Positions 21,002-30,107 of a stretch of DNA of 64,000 nucleotides are shown in pieces. The translations under genes and the position numbers were made by a program. The stretch spans positions 1-64,000 of the forward strand of contig CAYYWO010000003.1 of assembly GCA_964474885.1 (NCBI GenBank), written 5' to 3'. Source of the stretch: Candidatus Hadarchaeota archaeon. Lineage in GTDB: Archaea; Hadarchaeota; Hadarchaeia; Hadarchaeales; JAWBSP01. Numbering within the stretch: the stretch's first letter is position 1; each line of letters starts with the position of its first letter. The notes beneath the pieces were generated by a model. The model saw nothing but the letters and a program-made list of their open reading frames with translations, was not told where the DNA came from and did no database searches.

Positions 21002-23404
21002 ATGCGCCCCGCCGCCCTCCTCCTCTGCCTAGCCCTAGTTAGCTCGTGCTCCGCCGGGTACCGATGGGAGCATGCCTCCTACGTCGTGCGGTTTTGTACC
21101 TTCCTCTCCGGAGTGGTGGCGGATGAACAAACCGGCTCGCCCGTGGAGGCCCAGTTGGAGCTGGAGCTCAGGGCAGAGAACGGGGAGACCGAGAAGGTGC
21201 AGGCCGTGGCCTCGGGAGGGTGGTTCGAGTTCCTGCTCCCTCTCGAGAACTTCTCCTATAGGCTCTCGGCCTGGGCACCGGGCTACCAGGCGAAGAGCGT
21301 GGAGGGAAGGCTTCACGCCGGGGAGCAGGAATGGGTGGAAGTAAAGCTACGCTATGACCCCTTCGACCTTAGCCTGGGTGAGGAGAGTGTCCAATTTTGG
21401 AGGAGGTGGGAGCCGGCTGAGCTGCTGGTGGAGAGCTGGGAGGAGCTCAGCTGGCGGACGGAGAGGGAAGTGCTACCCGAGGAGGTGGATCAGTTCACCG
21501 AGGAGGTGGCCAAGTATTGGATCGGGTGGAGATACAAGAAGGATGTGGCCGAGTACAGGTATACTTACCTGACCAGAGAGTTCCATTGGTTCCCCTATCC
21601 AAGCTGGGGCGTGTGGAGACCCAGGCTCAGGGGGAAGGTGCACATGCCTGAGTGGAAAGGGGAGGAGTTCTTGATTGGGGGAGGATGGTCAGAGGACTGG
21701 AAGCTCGTGTACGAGTGGACGGGGAAGAAGGGGACCTACTTCGCACCTGGGGAGGAGAACGCTAGGGTCCTGAGCTGGGACGGACGGTCCCCAACCATGC
21801 TGATGGAGGGCAACAGAGAAGTGAACTGGCTCTTGGACTTCCCGAAGAGCAAATACGAGGGCTACCCGTACGTCGGAGGGAGGATAGAGAACTGGTCACC
21901 GGCCTTCGCCTATGTGGGAGGGCTGAGGGTCGTCCCCTGCGAGTGGAGAGCGGAGGTCCACGAGAGGGTGGTTCAGTGGGCAGAGACCGAGGAGGAGATG
22001 ACTCTCCAAGTGGATGAGGAAGATTACGAGTCCGCCGGGCTTGGGGATGAGCTGCAGGTGGAGGGGGAGGTCTATCGGATCGTCGGGAAGTCCAGGTTCG
22101 GGCTCCAGCAGGTTAGTCTGGATCCCCAGGAGTTCTCCTTCAAGCCACCGCACGTGAAGGGGGACAGGGAGCTCATGGCCAAGCCGGACAGGCCCGTGAA
22201 CCTGCATGCCTCGGCTAGCCTTTACAGGGAGGGCAGAAAACTCTGCCTCCGCGTCTGGTTCGAGGTGAGCGAGCCCAGGCCCGATCACACGTGTTTCAAG
22301 GGGGGCAGGGAGTGGGTGCTTTACGAGGCGGGAGGATGGCTGGTGGACTCCTTCAGGGGGGAGGGGGAGCCCAACTATGTCGGGCTCGTGCTCTGGTCCG
22401 TGCAGTTCCAGGACAGGGGTGAACACGAATGGAGGGAGTTCCAGGAGGGTCCCATAAGAATAAAGGTTTGGGGGGACTCGGTTGGAGAGGACGCCCCGGA
22501 GATCCGCATCAGCCTCCGGCCCCTCAGCCTCCTGCTCAAGAAGGAAGTGCCTGCCTTCTCCCTCCGCCTGCGCAGGCTCCAGCCCTCCTCCACCTGGGTG
22601 AGTAAGGGGGAGCGGACTCTCAGGGAGGAGCCAAGGGACACTGGGGATGTAAAATACACGAACATCAGGGTGACCAAGTATGCCCTCCAGAGGCCCTACG
22701 TAAAGGAGCTGGGGAGGTTCCAGAGGGTTTACAAGCATGCCCCCTGGCCCAGAAAGGAGGTGCTGGTCAGGGTGACTCCGAAAAACGGCTACCAAGGATC
22801 AGTCAGGCTAAGGCTACAGTTCACGGGTCCCTTCCTCACCGAGCTCGAGGAGAACCTGCTCCCCCTGCCAAGTTCCTCCGCGCTGAGCTTGGAGCCCGTG
22901 GGAGAAGGGGAGGGGAGCGTGGAGGTACTGGCGATGGATGAGGGAGGGAGGCTCGTGGAGAGTGCACGCCTGAGGCTGGCTGCGAGCTGCCTCCCCTACC
23001 CTGGAGACTCACAGGTCGTGGAGAGAGTGGTGAGGGAGGGCCCAAGCCTGTCCAGTTTCGAGCAACTGCCGGATCTGCCCCAGGAGGAGCCCTTCAGCAC
23101 GATAGAGAACGTGCAGGTGAGCCGCATCTTCATGGGGCTGATCGAGAGCCTGAGTGGGTACGTGGTGGTCCCCGGAGGCGTGGGACAGCACGGGGAGGTG
23201 CTGGAACCCAAAAAAGTGCGCTGGCGCATAGGTGGGCTCAGGCTAACGCCCAACCAGCTGCGCGACCTCCTGCTCAGGCCCATCCTGTTTTCCGACTTCC
23301 TCAGGCTCTGGACGAAAAAGGCGGAGGAGGCCTGCCACCAGCTGGCGAAGGAGGGGATCCGAAGACAGTCCTCGCACCTAGAACAACCCACCGGAAGAGA
23401 CTAA
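21002..23404 (+). CDS. Large hypothetical secreted protein with N-terminal carboxypeptidase-regulatory-like domain
   Basis: Signal-peptide-like start, LSGVVADEQTGSPV...APGY; 800-aa ORF. Confidence 0.6.
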   Translation: MRPAALLLCLALVSSCSAGYRWEHASYVVRFCTFLSGVVADEQTGSPVEAQLELELRAENGETEKVQAVASGGWFEFLLPLENFSYRLSAWAPGYQAKSVEGRLHAGEQEWVEVKLRYDPFDLSLGEESVQFWRRWEPAELLVESWEELSWRTEREVLPEEVDQFTEEVAKYWIGWRYKKDVAEYRYTYLTREFHWFPYPSWGVWRPRLRGKVHMPEWKGEEFLIGGGWSEDWKLVYEWTGKKGTYFAPGEENARVLSWDGRSPTMLMEGNREVNWLLDFPKSKYEGYPYVGGRIENWSPAFAYVGGLRVVPCEWRAEVHERVVQWAETEEEMTLQVDEEDYESAGLGDELQVEGEVYRIVGKSRFGLQQVSLDPQEFSFKPPHVKGDRELMAKPDRPVNLHASASLYREGRKLCLRVWFEVSEPRPDHTCFKGGREWVLYEAGGWLVDSFRGEGEPNYVGLVLWSVQFQDRGEHEWREFQEGPIRIKVWGDSVGEDAPEIRISLRPLSLLLKKEVPAFSLRLRRLQPSSTWVSKGERTLREEPRDTGDVKYTNIRVTKYALQRPYVKELGRFQRVYKHAPWPRKEVLVRVTPKNGYQGSVRLRLQFTGPFLTELEENLLPLPSSSALSLEPVGEGEGSVEVLAMDEGGRLVESARLRLAASCLPYPGDSQVVERVVREGPSLSSFEQLPDLPQEEPFSTIENVQVSRIFMGLIESLSGYVVVPGGVGQHGEVLEPKKVRWRIGGLRLTPNQLRDLLLRPILFSDFLRLWTKKAEEACHQLAKEGIRRQSSHLEQPTGRD

Positions 23405-24157
23405 GGCATTTTCAGTTCCGTAGACACCCAATTTTTTCAGCGGGTACATAATGACCGCGACTACTGGTTCAGAGTTATCATACACCCTGTACCAGGCCTC
23501 AATGAAGTTTTCCTGCCCTTCTTGGCGGAGGTATGTTTCCACAGTAATGTTGTAGGTCAGCTCTGGTCTCGTGGTTTCCAAAGTGCCCACTCCGGAAAAA
23601 GCTTGAAATCCCATGACACAGTTTTCGGGTCGTTTGGAATGCGATCCTCGTAGCGTTACGAGATCTAGGTCCTTCTTCGAGAACTTCGTCTGCGTGAACA
23701 TTACGAAGGCCTCGCCGGGGTAGAGCTTGTCGATGTAGTAGAGGTCATAGTCCCCGTTGGTGTTCCAGAAGACGTCCAAAATCTTCACGGGCCCCTTCCT
23801 CGGCTCCCTGTACCCGTGCTCCCGGAGGATCCAGCCGAAGGGCGCGTACAGGACCCTCTCGACCTGCAGGTGGAAGTTGTTCTCCTCGTCCACCCAGTAG
23901 AGGGACCAGGTGCCCGAGACTTCCAGGGGCCTGACACCCGTTGGTGTCCTGGGCAGGGGGAACTCTATGACCACGTTCTCTATGGGCAGGTCAGGGTCCT
24001 GCACACACCCCCTATAATGGAAGATGGACACCTGGTGGAAGTAAACCCAGTCGGGCTCCTCATACCCGGATTCCCTGAGGAGCCCGTAGGCCCCCAGGCC
24101 CCCGTAGGTGAGCGCCGCCGCCAGCAGGGCGAGCATTGCGATCCTCCTGCGGCTCAT
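23378..24157 (-). CDS. Hypothetical membrane-anchored protein
   Basis: N-terminal TM segment, 259 aa. Confidence 0.6.
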   Translation of the reverse strand: MSRRRIAMLALLAAALTYGGLGAYGLLRESGYEEPDWVYFHQVSIFHYRGCVQDPDLPIENVVIEFPLPRTPTGVRPLEVSGTWSLYWVDEENNFHLQVERVLYAPFGWILREHGYREPRKGPVKILDVFWNTNGDYDLYYIDKLYPGEAFVMFTQTKFSKKDLDLVTLRGSHSKRPENCVMGFQAFSGVGTLETTRPELTYNITVETYLRQEGQENFIEAWYRVYDNSEPVVAVIMYPLKKLGVYGTENALVSSGGLF

Positions 24158-24199
24158 TCTCGATAGAAACAGGAAGCTTAAACCGTCGGTGTGCTCAGG

Positions 24200-24450
24200 T
24201 CAGGGTTTTTCCGTTCGAGCCGCGCGAGAGAAGGGAGAGGAGCTTCAGCATTGTCTCATCGAAGCCCTCATGAAAGTTGGCGTGTATCCTGCCGTGCCGG
24301 ACGAGGAGCGCTTTCCCCTTCATGCGAGGAGAGAGGATGGCTTTGGTGCAGTCCCAAGGAGCTCCCCGGCTCTTCCGGTACTCTCCTCTCCAGCTCAGGG
24401 ACCTTCTTCAAGAACTCGCTCGCCTCTTCTCTCAAATGCGAGGAGGCCAA
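24200..24450 (-). pseudogene. PaREP1/HEPN-like gene remnant
   Basis: LREEASEFL start, then IHANFHEG in a shifted frame. Confidence 0.4.
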
Positions 24451-24529
24451 AGTGTTTATCTGTTACAAACAGTTTGGAAGTGTTTGAACAGTTTACCTAG
24501 AAGTGTTGTTGATAACAATAAACAGTTCG

Positions 24530-24553
24530 TGTCTGTTACCATGGTAACAGACA
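24530..24553. repeat. 24-bp palindrome copy 3
   Basis: TGTCTGTTACCATGGTAACAGACA; half-site TATCTGTTAC nearby at 24457-24466. Confidence 0.95.
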
Positions 24554-24566
24554 AATGCTTTGCCGG

Positions 24567-25328
24567 CTAGTGGAGCTCGAACCTGTGCAGGATCCTCTTT
24601 TCCTTCCCCCTCACTTCCGCCACCACATCTATGTAGGGGGCGAGCCCGGACTTCTTTATCCTCTTCCCGAGTAGCTCATCCACTTGGAAGATGCCAGCCG
24701 AGTTCGACATCTTTATCCGGATGAGCACGGGTTTCTCGTCCCCCTTCAGGATCTCCACCTTCTCTATCGCCAGGGCGGAGACGGAGTGAATGTCCACCTT
24801 CCCCTCGTCGAAAGGTATCCTGGCCCTCCCCTTCTCCATGTCCAGGGCGTCCGCGATGCAGAAGATCCCCGCCTCCTTGGTCAGCACGGGGCAGTCCGGG
24901 TGGTGGGAGGAAATCGCGTGCAGGGTCTCGGCTATTATTACCTCCCTCTCCTCGGGTGGGTAGTCGTGCAGCAGGCGCTTCAGGATCGGGTAGCTCAGAA
25001 GCACGCTGAAGAACTCGTGTTCCTTGCGCTGAACCACCATCCCTATGTCGTGGAGGACGGAGGCCAGGAAGATCACGATCTCCGAGTACTCCTTCGGCAG
25101 CTTGTGCTGGGTGATGTCGGGCAGCTTGACCCCTTCGAGCAGCTTGTAGAGCTTCAGGGCCGCGTTCGCCACTATTTTCACGTGCACGGGCCCGTGGTCC
25201 GTGTAGCCCAGGCGCTCTATCGCCATCAGGTTGGCACACCTCCACAGGGTGTGGAGCTCCTCGTCCCTCTCCACCCTCCTCACCAGCTTGGCCAGCTTCC
25301 TGTTCTCGGTTTTCACATCCAACCTCAT
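24567..25328 (-). CDS. HD-domain phosphohydrolase
   Basis: DHGPVH, LHDIG, ADALDMEKGRAR, NSAGIFQ. Confidence 0.88.
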   Translation of the reverse strand: MRLDVKTENRKLAKLVRRVERDEELHTLWRCANLMAIERLGYTDHGPVHVKIVANAALKLYKLLEGVKLPDITQHKLPKEYSEIVIFLASVLHDIGMVVQRKEHEFFSVLLSYPILKRLLHDYPPEEREVIIAETLHAISSHHPDCPVLTKEAGIFCIADALDMEKGRARIPFDEGKVDIHSVSALAIEKVEILKGDEKPVLIRIKMSNSAGIFQVDELLGKRIKKSGLAPYIDVVAEVRGKEKRILHRFELH

Positions 25329-25383
25329 CGAATGAATAGTGCGGGCTCGCTCGAAACGACTTCGCCATGCCTACAATTCCTTT

Positions 25384-25530
25384 TCAAATGGTGATTTCGA
25401 TCTTGCCGTTCTTGTTGCAGATGGCCAGGAGCCTGCCGCGCTTCTCGTCGTATATCAGGGCACACTCGTTTGGCTTCAAAATTCTCACAAGCTTCTCCTC
25501 GAGCTGCCGTTCTTCCGTTTGAGTCCACAA
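25384..25530 (-). CDS. Possible 48-aa small protein
   Basis: TTG start; ...LVRILKPNECALIYDEKRGRLLAICNKNGKIEITI; below ORF-track cutoff. Confidence 0.3.
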   Translation of the reverse strand: MWTQTEERQLEEKLVRILKPNECALIYDEKRGRLLAICNKNGKIEITI

Positions 25531-25701
25531 ATGATTAATATCCTGCTAATATTTTGTTGTGGTGCTTGTCCTTGGTTAATTCACAAGGAGAATAAACCGG
25601 TATTCCGCTTCACGTCCTCCCATAGAGTTTGGTGTCAAGCACCCGCAGAACGGATCCCACAAAGAGGCCGTTGCAAAAGGTTTGCGTTACAAGCAGGATT
25701 A

Positions 25702-25775
25702 CGGGCCGGCCGGGATTCGAACCCGGGTTACAGGCTCCGCAGGCCTGTGTCCTATCCAGGCTAGACTACCGGCCC
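25702..25775 (-). tRNA. tRNA-Arg(GCG)
   Basis: GGGCCGG/CCGGCCC acceptor stem, CAGGC-CTGCGGA-GCCTG anticodon arm, GTTCGAATC T-loop; no intron, no encoded CCA. Confidence 0.95.
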
Positions 25776-25805
25776 CTTCATTACTTCTTGAGCCAGGATA
25801 AGTCG

Positions 25806-27863
25806 ATGGGCTTGCGGAGAGTCGCCTTGGCCCAAGGTATAGCCACTTGCTCGGGCGCGTGCTTCTGGATCCTCCTAGCCCTTAGCCTCCACCCCTACGC
25901 GCTCGGGGAGGTGGGGTGGGTTTACTGCTTGTCCATGCTCTGCTCCACCCTGGCCTCCCTTGGCCTGGGGAAGTCCATCGTGGTCTGCCACTCTCCAAGT
26001 CCCTCCACCGCCTTCTATACCCTCCTCCTCTCCTCAACCTTTGTGGGGCTCCCGCTCTCCTTCCTCCTTCACCCCTGGGCTGGCCCGCTGCTCTTCTCCT
26101 TCTGCCTCTTCTCCCTGAGCTTCCACCTGTGCCTAGCGGAGGCGGATTACTCTCATTACCTGCTCCTCTGGGTGCTCAGGTCCTGCATGCTCTCCCTCCC
26201 CCTCCTGCTCTACCTGCTGGTAGGTGAGGTCTGGGTCATCTACCTGGGCCTAGTGCTCTCCCACCTCTGTCCCGGGCTCTCCGCTCTCCGCAGGCTGTCT
26301 GTTACCATGGTAACAGACAAACCGCACCCGGGCAGGCTGGCGGGCTTCCTCCTCACGGACCTAGGGGCCGCCTCCCTGAGCTTCCTAGACAAGGTGGTGG
26401 CTGGACCTCTGCTTGGCATGACTACTCTAGGGCTCTACTACTTCTCCTGCAGGCTCTTCTACCTCCTAGCCTTCCTCCCCCAGACCCTCTTCTTCTACGG
26501 GCTCTCTACCGGCTCCAGGCGCCTCCGCCGCTTGGCCCTGCGCTCCTCCCTCGGCCTGCTGGCTGCCTGCCTGCCCCTCAGCCTCCTGCTCCCTAACGCC
26601 TTCCCCGATTACTCCGCCTGCCTGCCCGCCTTCCAGCTCATGCTGCTGGCCATAGTCCCCGCCACCCTCTCCCAGGTCTGCAGTGCTGAGCTCCTTTCCG
26701 AGCGCAGGCCTGCAGGCACCTCCGTAGCCTACGCCACCGCCGTCCCCCTCCAACTTCTGTCCGTGCTCGTGCTGGGGCGGAGGTTCGGGCTCATGGGGCT
26801 GGCTGGGGCCTTCCTCCTCACCCAGTGCGTGCTCGCCTGCATGCTATGGCTCATGCCCAGACTCAGGGAGGAGTCCAGGCGGATCTGCCTGGGGCTGCTC
26901 TCCCTCGCCCTCCTCTGCCCGCTGCTCCTGCTCTCCCTCTCCATGCCCAGGTACGAGTACGGACCTGGGTACGTGAGCGCGGAGGACCTTGTCATGGACA
27001 CCCTAGTTAGAATCACGGTTCTGGACGAGAACCTGCAACTTGCGAGGTCAGCCGTTTCCAAGGCCCTAGAGGAAGTGCACAGGCTGGACCGGATGCTCTC
27101 GAGCGAGGAAGGGGGGACTGAGATATGGGAGGTGAACCATTCGGCTGGGTGGGTGCGGGTCTCCCCCGAGACCTATCAGCTCCTGCAGGCCTCCCTGCAC
27201 TACGCCCGGCTAACTGGGGGTGCCTTCGACCCAACCGTCAAGCCCCTCGTTGACCTCTGGATGAAGGAGGTGAGGCGGACGGGGAAGCTCCCCAGCCGGG
27301 AGAGACTGGAAGAAGTCAGAGGGCTTGTCGATTGGAGGAGAGTGAGGCTTGAGAATGGGCGGGTCAGACTGGAGCAGGGGATGGAGCTGACCCTAGGAGG
27401 GATAGCGAAGGGTTATGCGGCGGACAGGGCATGCGAGATTCTCAGGTCGGCCGGCATCCGTGCGGGCATGGTGCAGATAGGAGGGGAGATCAGGGTTTTC
27501 GGGAAGACATGGGAAATCGGCATCCAGCACCCCAGACGGCCCGAAAAGCTCCTCGGGAGGGTGAAGCTCCGGGATGCTGCCATCTCCACCTCAGGGGACT
27601 ACATAAGGGTTTACTTCTTGGGCTCCAGACGCCTGCACCACATCATCGATCCACGTACGGGGGAGCCGGCCACGGGCTGCCAGAGCGTAACGGTGATCGC
27701 CCCCACAGGCATGGAGGCAGATGCCCTGAGCACTGCCGCCTTCGTGCTCGGCCCCCAGGCAGGGCTCGAGTTGCTTGAGAACCTCGGGCTGCAGGGTGTG
27801 ATCGTGGACTCGGAAGGAAAGATCTACTGGACTGAAAACCTCAGCTGGTCACCCGAAAGCTAG
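25806..27863 (+). CDS. apbE: MOP/flippase-like membrane domain fused to ApbE FAD:protein FMN transferase
   Basis: About 12-13 TM segments with LDKVVAGPLLG..LGLY, then MDT, GAFDPTV, LGGIAKGYAAD, STSGDY, HHIIDPRTG, ADALSTA. Confidence 0.85.
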   Translation: MGLRRVALAQGIATCSGACFWILLALSLHPYALGEVGWVYCLSMLCSTLASLGLGKSIVVCHSPSPSTAFYTLLLSSTFVGLPLSFLLHPWAGPLLFSFCLFSLSFHLCLAEADYSHYLLLWVLRSCMLSLPLLLYLLVGEVWVIYLGLVLSHLCPGLSALRRLSVTMVTDKPHPGRLAGFLLTDLGAASLSFLDKVVAGPLLGMTTLGLYYFSCRLFYLLAFLPQTLFFYGLSTGSRRLRRLALRSSLGLLAACLPLSLLLPNAFPDYSACLPAFQLMLLAIVPATLSQVCSAELLSERRPAGTSVAYATAVPLQLLSVLVLGRRFGLMGLAGAFLLTQCVLACMLWLMPRLREESRRICLGLLSLALLCPLLLLSLSMPRYEYGPGYVSAEDLVMDTLVRITVLDENLQLARSAVSKALEEVHRLDRMLSSEEGGTEIWEVNHSAGWVRVSPETYQLLQASLHYARLTGGAFDPTVKPLVDLWMKEVRRTGKLPSRERLEEVRGLVDWRRVRLENGRVRLEQGMELTLGGIAKGYAADRACEILRSAGIRAGMVQIGGEIRVFGKTWEIGIQHPRRPEKLLGRVKLRDAAISTSGDYIRVYFLGSRRLHHIIDPRTGEPATGCQSVTVIAPTGMEADALSTAAFVLGPQAGLELLENLGLQGVIVDSEGKIYWTENLSWSPES
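26296..26319. repeat. 24-bp palindrome copy 4 (intragenic, in frame)
   Basis: TGTCTGTTACCATGGTAACAGACA, read as LSVTMVTDK. Confidence 0.95.
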
Positions 27864-28145
27864 GGACATCACTTTCCTCTCCGCCTCCTCCCTCCTCCGC
27901 TTTTCCTCCTCGCAGAGCTTGTGAATGTACCTGACCTCGCTCTCGGACGGGACCTGCATGCCCATCTTGGAGAGCCTGGCGAGCTCCTCCATCTTCTCCT
28001 CCAGCGTCCAATCCAGCTGCCCCATGACGCACCTGCACCTCCTGTCCATATCCGGTCTGTCCGGATCCTCGCACCGGAAGGGGACACCAGGCTCGGGTGA
28101 GAAGAAGAGGCATCGCTGGCACGCCAGGACCTTCATTATCTTCAT
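27849..28145 (-). CDS. Small Cys-containing hypothetical protein
   Basis: 98 aa, CxxC plus further Cys, charged tail. Confidence 0.5.
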   Translation of the reverse strand: MKIMKVLACQRCLFFSPEPGVPFRCEDPDRPDMDRRCRCVMGQLDWTLEEKMEELARLSKMGMQVPSESEVRYIHKLCEEEKRRREEAERKVMSLAFG

Positions 28146-28181
28146 ATCACTACAACAGCCTTCAGGGTTTTTAAAAGGGTT

Positions 28182-28205
28182 TGTCTGTTACCATGGTAAC
28201 AGACA
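28182..28205. repeat. 24-bp palindrome copy 5
   Basis: TGTCTGTTACCATGGTAACAGACA. Confidence 0.95.
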
Positions 28206-28276
28206 AGTTACCCGTCAAGAGTGAAAATTTTATCCCCGCCCGAGCAGTTTTTGATTTCCTCCCGTTAGGTGATCCT

Positions 28277-30100
28277 GTGATTGCCCTCATCCTTGCCGCT
28301 GGATACGGGACTAGGCTCAGACCACACTCCGAGACCAGGCCCAAGTCTCTCATGGAGATAGAGCCCGGGGTGACCATCCTTGAGTACCAGCTTAAGCAAC
28401 TGAGGGAGGCTGGCCTGAGCAGCATCTATGTGGCGACGAGACCGGAGCTCGCCAGGCTCTTCTCCAAGTACGTGGATCCCTCCCACATCCTCCCCGTCAG
28501 GGTTTCGGAGGGGGATGGAAACCTCGTCACCCTAGTGAAGGCTTGGAAGCAGCTGGAGAAGAGGGGGGTAAGAGGGGATTTGGTGGTGGTGATGTCTGAT
28601 CATATCTTCGAGAGATCCATCGTCACTAGGCTCCTCCAGGCTAGGGACGGGAGGCTTCTGCTCTGCCTGGACCGAAGGCCGAGGGGCTCGGTGGTGAAGG
28701 AGGGCCTGAAGGTGGCCATAGACGGGAATGGCATGATAAAGGTCTCTAAACAGGCCGCCCCGATCCAAGGGGTGGACACGGGCCTCTTCCTCATCCCTAG
28801 ACAGCTGCTCAGGCTGGCCGAAAAACTCGTCAGGACTGGGAGGGGTACCCTAGCGGACCTCGTGAACGAGGCCTCAGATCACGAGAAAGTCGGGTGCGTG
28901 GACGTGACGGGGCTGCTCTGGCTGGATGTGGACTCAAGCAAGGATCTGCACAGGGCGAGGAGGGTGTACCCCAAGATTCTAGCTAGGAACCTTGTAGAGG
29001 AGGGGGACGGCCTTGTTTCTAGGTACATAAACCGGAGGTTCTCAACGCCCCTGAGCATCTTTTTCTACCAACGCAGGGTGAACGTGAATCCCAACCTTAT
29101 CACCGTCCTTGTAGCCTGCCTAGGCATCCTAGCCTGCATCTCCCTCTTCTGGAATCCCATAGCCGGTGCCTGCCTGATCCTCCTCACCTCCATCCTGGAC
29201 GGCGTGGACGGGGAGGTGGCCAGGCTCTTCGGCACCACGAGCAGGTTCGGAGCCGTGCTGGACAGCCTCTGCGATAGGGTGGTGGATACCCTCCTGCTCT
29301 CAGTCGCCTGCATCTGGGTTTATCAGTCCGGCCTGCTCCCCGCCCAGCATCTGCTCCTCCTTGCCACCTTCACCATCATGGGTGCCGCCATGGTGAGCTA
29401 CCTAAGCAACTGGCTGGGGTGGAGCGAGTCCCTCTGCAGGCTTAGGAACTCCTTCCCCCCAGCCACAAGGGATGTCAGACTCCTCGTCCTAGCGCTGGGA
29501 TTTTGCTTCGAGCACCCTGAAATGTCCCTCATCTACATCCTCATGTCCTCCTGGATCTTCGTGGGCAGGGTAGTCTGGGGGCTGAGGGAGAGGGTGCCCA
29601 AGAAGGTGCTACCGAAGCGGAGGGCTTTCCCCGAGATCACCCCACACCCTAGGGTGGAGCTGGAGGGTATGATCATAAACACCCTCTCCCTTATCCTAAC
29701 CATTTACCTTCTCCAGAAGGCCCTCTCCCTTACCTCCCAGCTAGGAGGAGGCTGGGTGCTGGTGGGGAGGACCGTGGCTGTGGTCGGGGTGGCTTTCGTC
29801 CTCCTCTTCTCCCTGAGGCTGCTGAAGAACATCGTGGGCCTCTTCACGGGCCTCAAAGAGCACGTGGTCAGGACCTTCTGGGTGGGGCCGGGCCTCTACG
29901 AAAAGCTGGGATACGAACTCGCCGCCTTCATCTCCCTCCTCATCATCCGCTCGCTCGTCGGACCCTTGGCGGGCATCTTCGGGCTCTCCAGGTGGGGGGT
30001 GGAGGTGCTTGACTTCGCCCTACTTGCCCTCCTCTGTTTGTCCGGTGTGAAGCTGGTGCTGGACTTCATAAGAACCTTCGAGCACAAACTGGCGCGCTAA
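28277..30100 (+). CDS. Bifunctional NTP-transferase/CDP-alcohol phosphotransferase (IPCT/DIPPS-like) with extra C-terminal TM domain
   Basis: LAAGYGTRL, MSDH, DTGLF, DGLVSRYINRRFS, DGVDGEVAR..GAVLDSLCD; GTG start after AGGTGAT. Confidence 0.85.
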   Translation: MIALILAAGYGTRLRPHSETRPKSLMEIEPGVTILEYQLKQLREAGLSSIYVATRPELARLFSKYVDPSHILPVRVSEGDGNLVTLVKAWKQLEKRGVRGDLVVVMSDHIFERSIVTRLLQARDGRLLLCLDRRPRGSVVKEGLKVAIDGNGMIKVSKQAAPIQGVDTGLFLIPRQLLRLAEKLVRTGRGTLADLVNEASDHEKVGCVDVTGLLWLDVDSSKDLHRARRVYPKILARNLVEEGDGLVSRYINRRFSTPLSIFFYQRRVNVNPNLITVLVACLGILACISLFWNPIAGACLILLTSILDGVDGEVARLFGTTSRFGAVLDSLCDRVVDTLLLSVACIWVYQSGLLPAQHLLLLATFTIMGAAMVSYLSNWLGWSESLCRLRNSFPPATRDVRLLVLALGFCFEHPEMSLIYILMSSWIFVGRVVWGLRERVPKKVLPKRRAFPEITPHPRVELEGMIINTLSLILTIYLLQKALSLTSQLGGGWVLVGRTVAVVGVAFVLLFSLRLLKNIVGLFTGLKEHVVRTFWVGPGLYEKLGYELAAFISLLIIRSLVGPLAGIFGLSRWGVEVLDFALLALLCLSGVKLVLDFIRTFEHKLAR

Positions 30101-30107
30101 AAGAAAA

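Noticed and set aside
25629-25805. N-terminal extension of the ApbE fusion ORF
   Set aside because: Overlaps tRNA-Arg on the opposite strand; ATG 25806 is the plausible start
28181-28276. ORF starts reading MSVTMVTD/MSVTIVTD (also at 32436)
   Set aside because: Artefacts of translating the palindrome; downstream starts fit the domain boundaries
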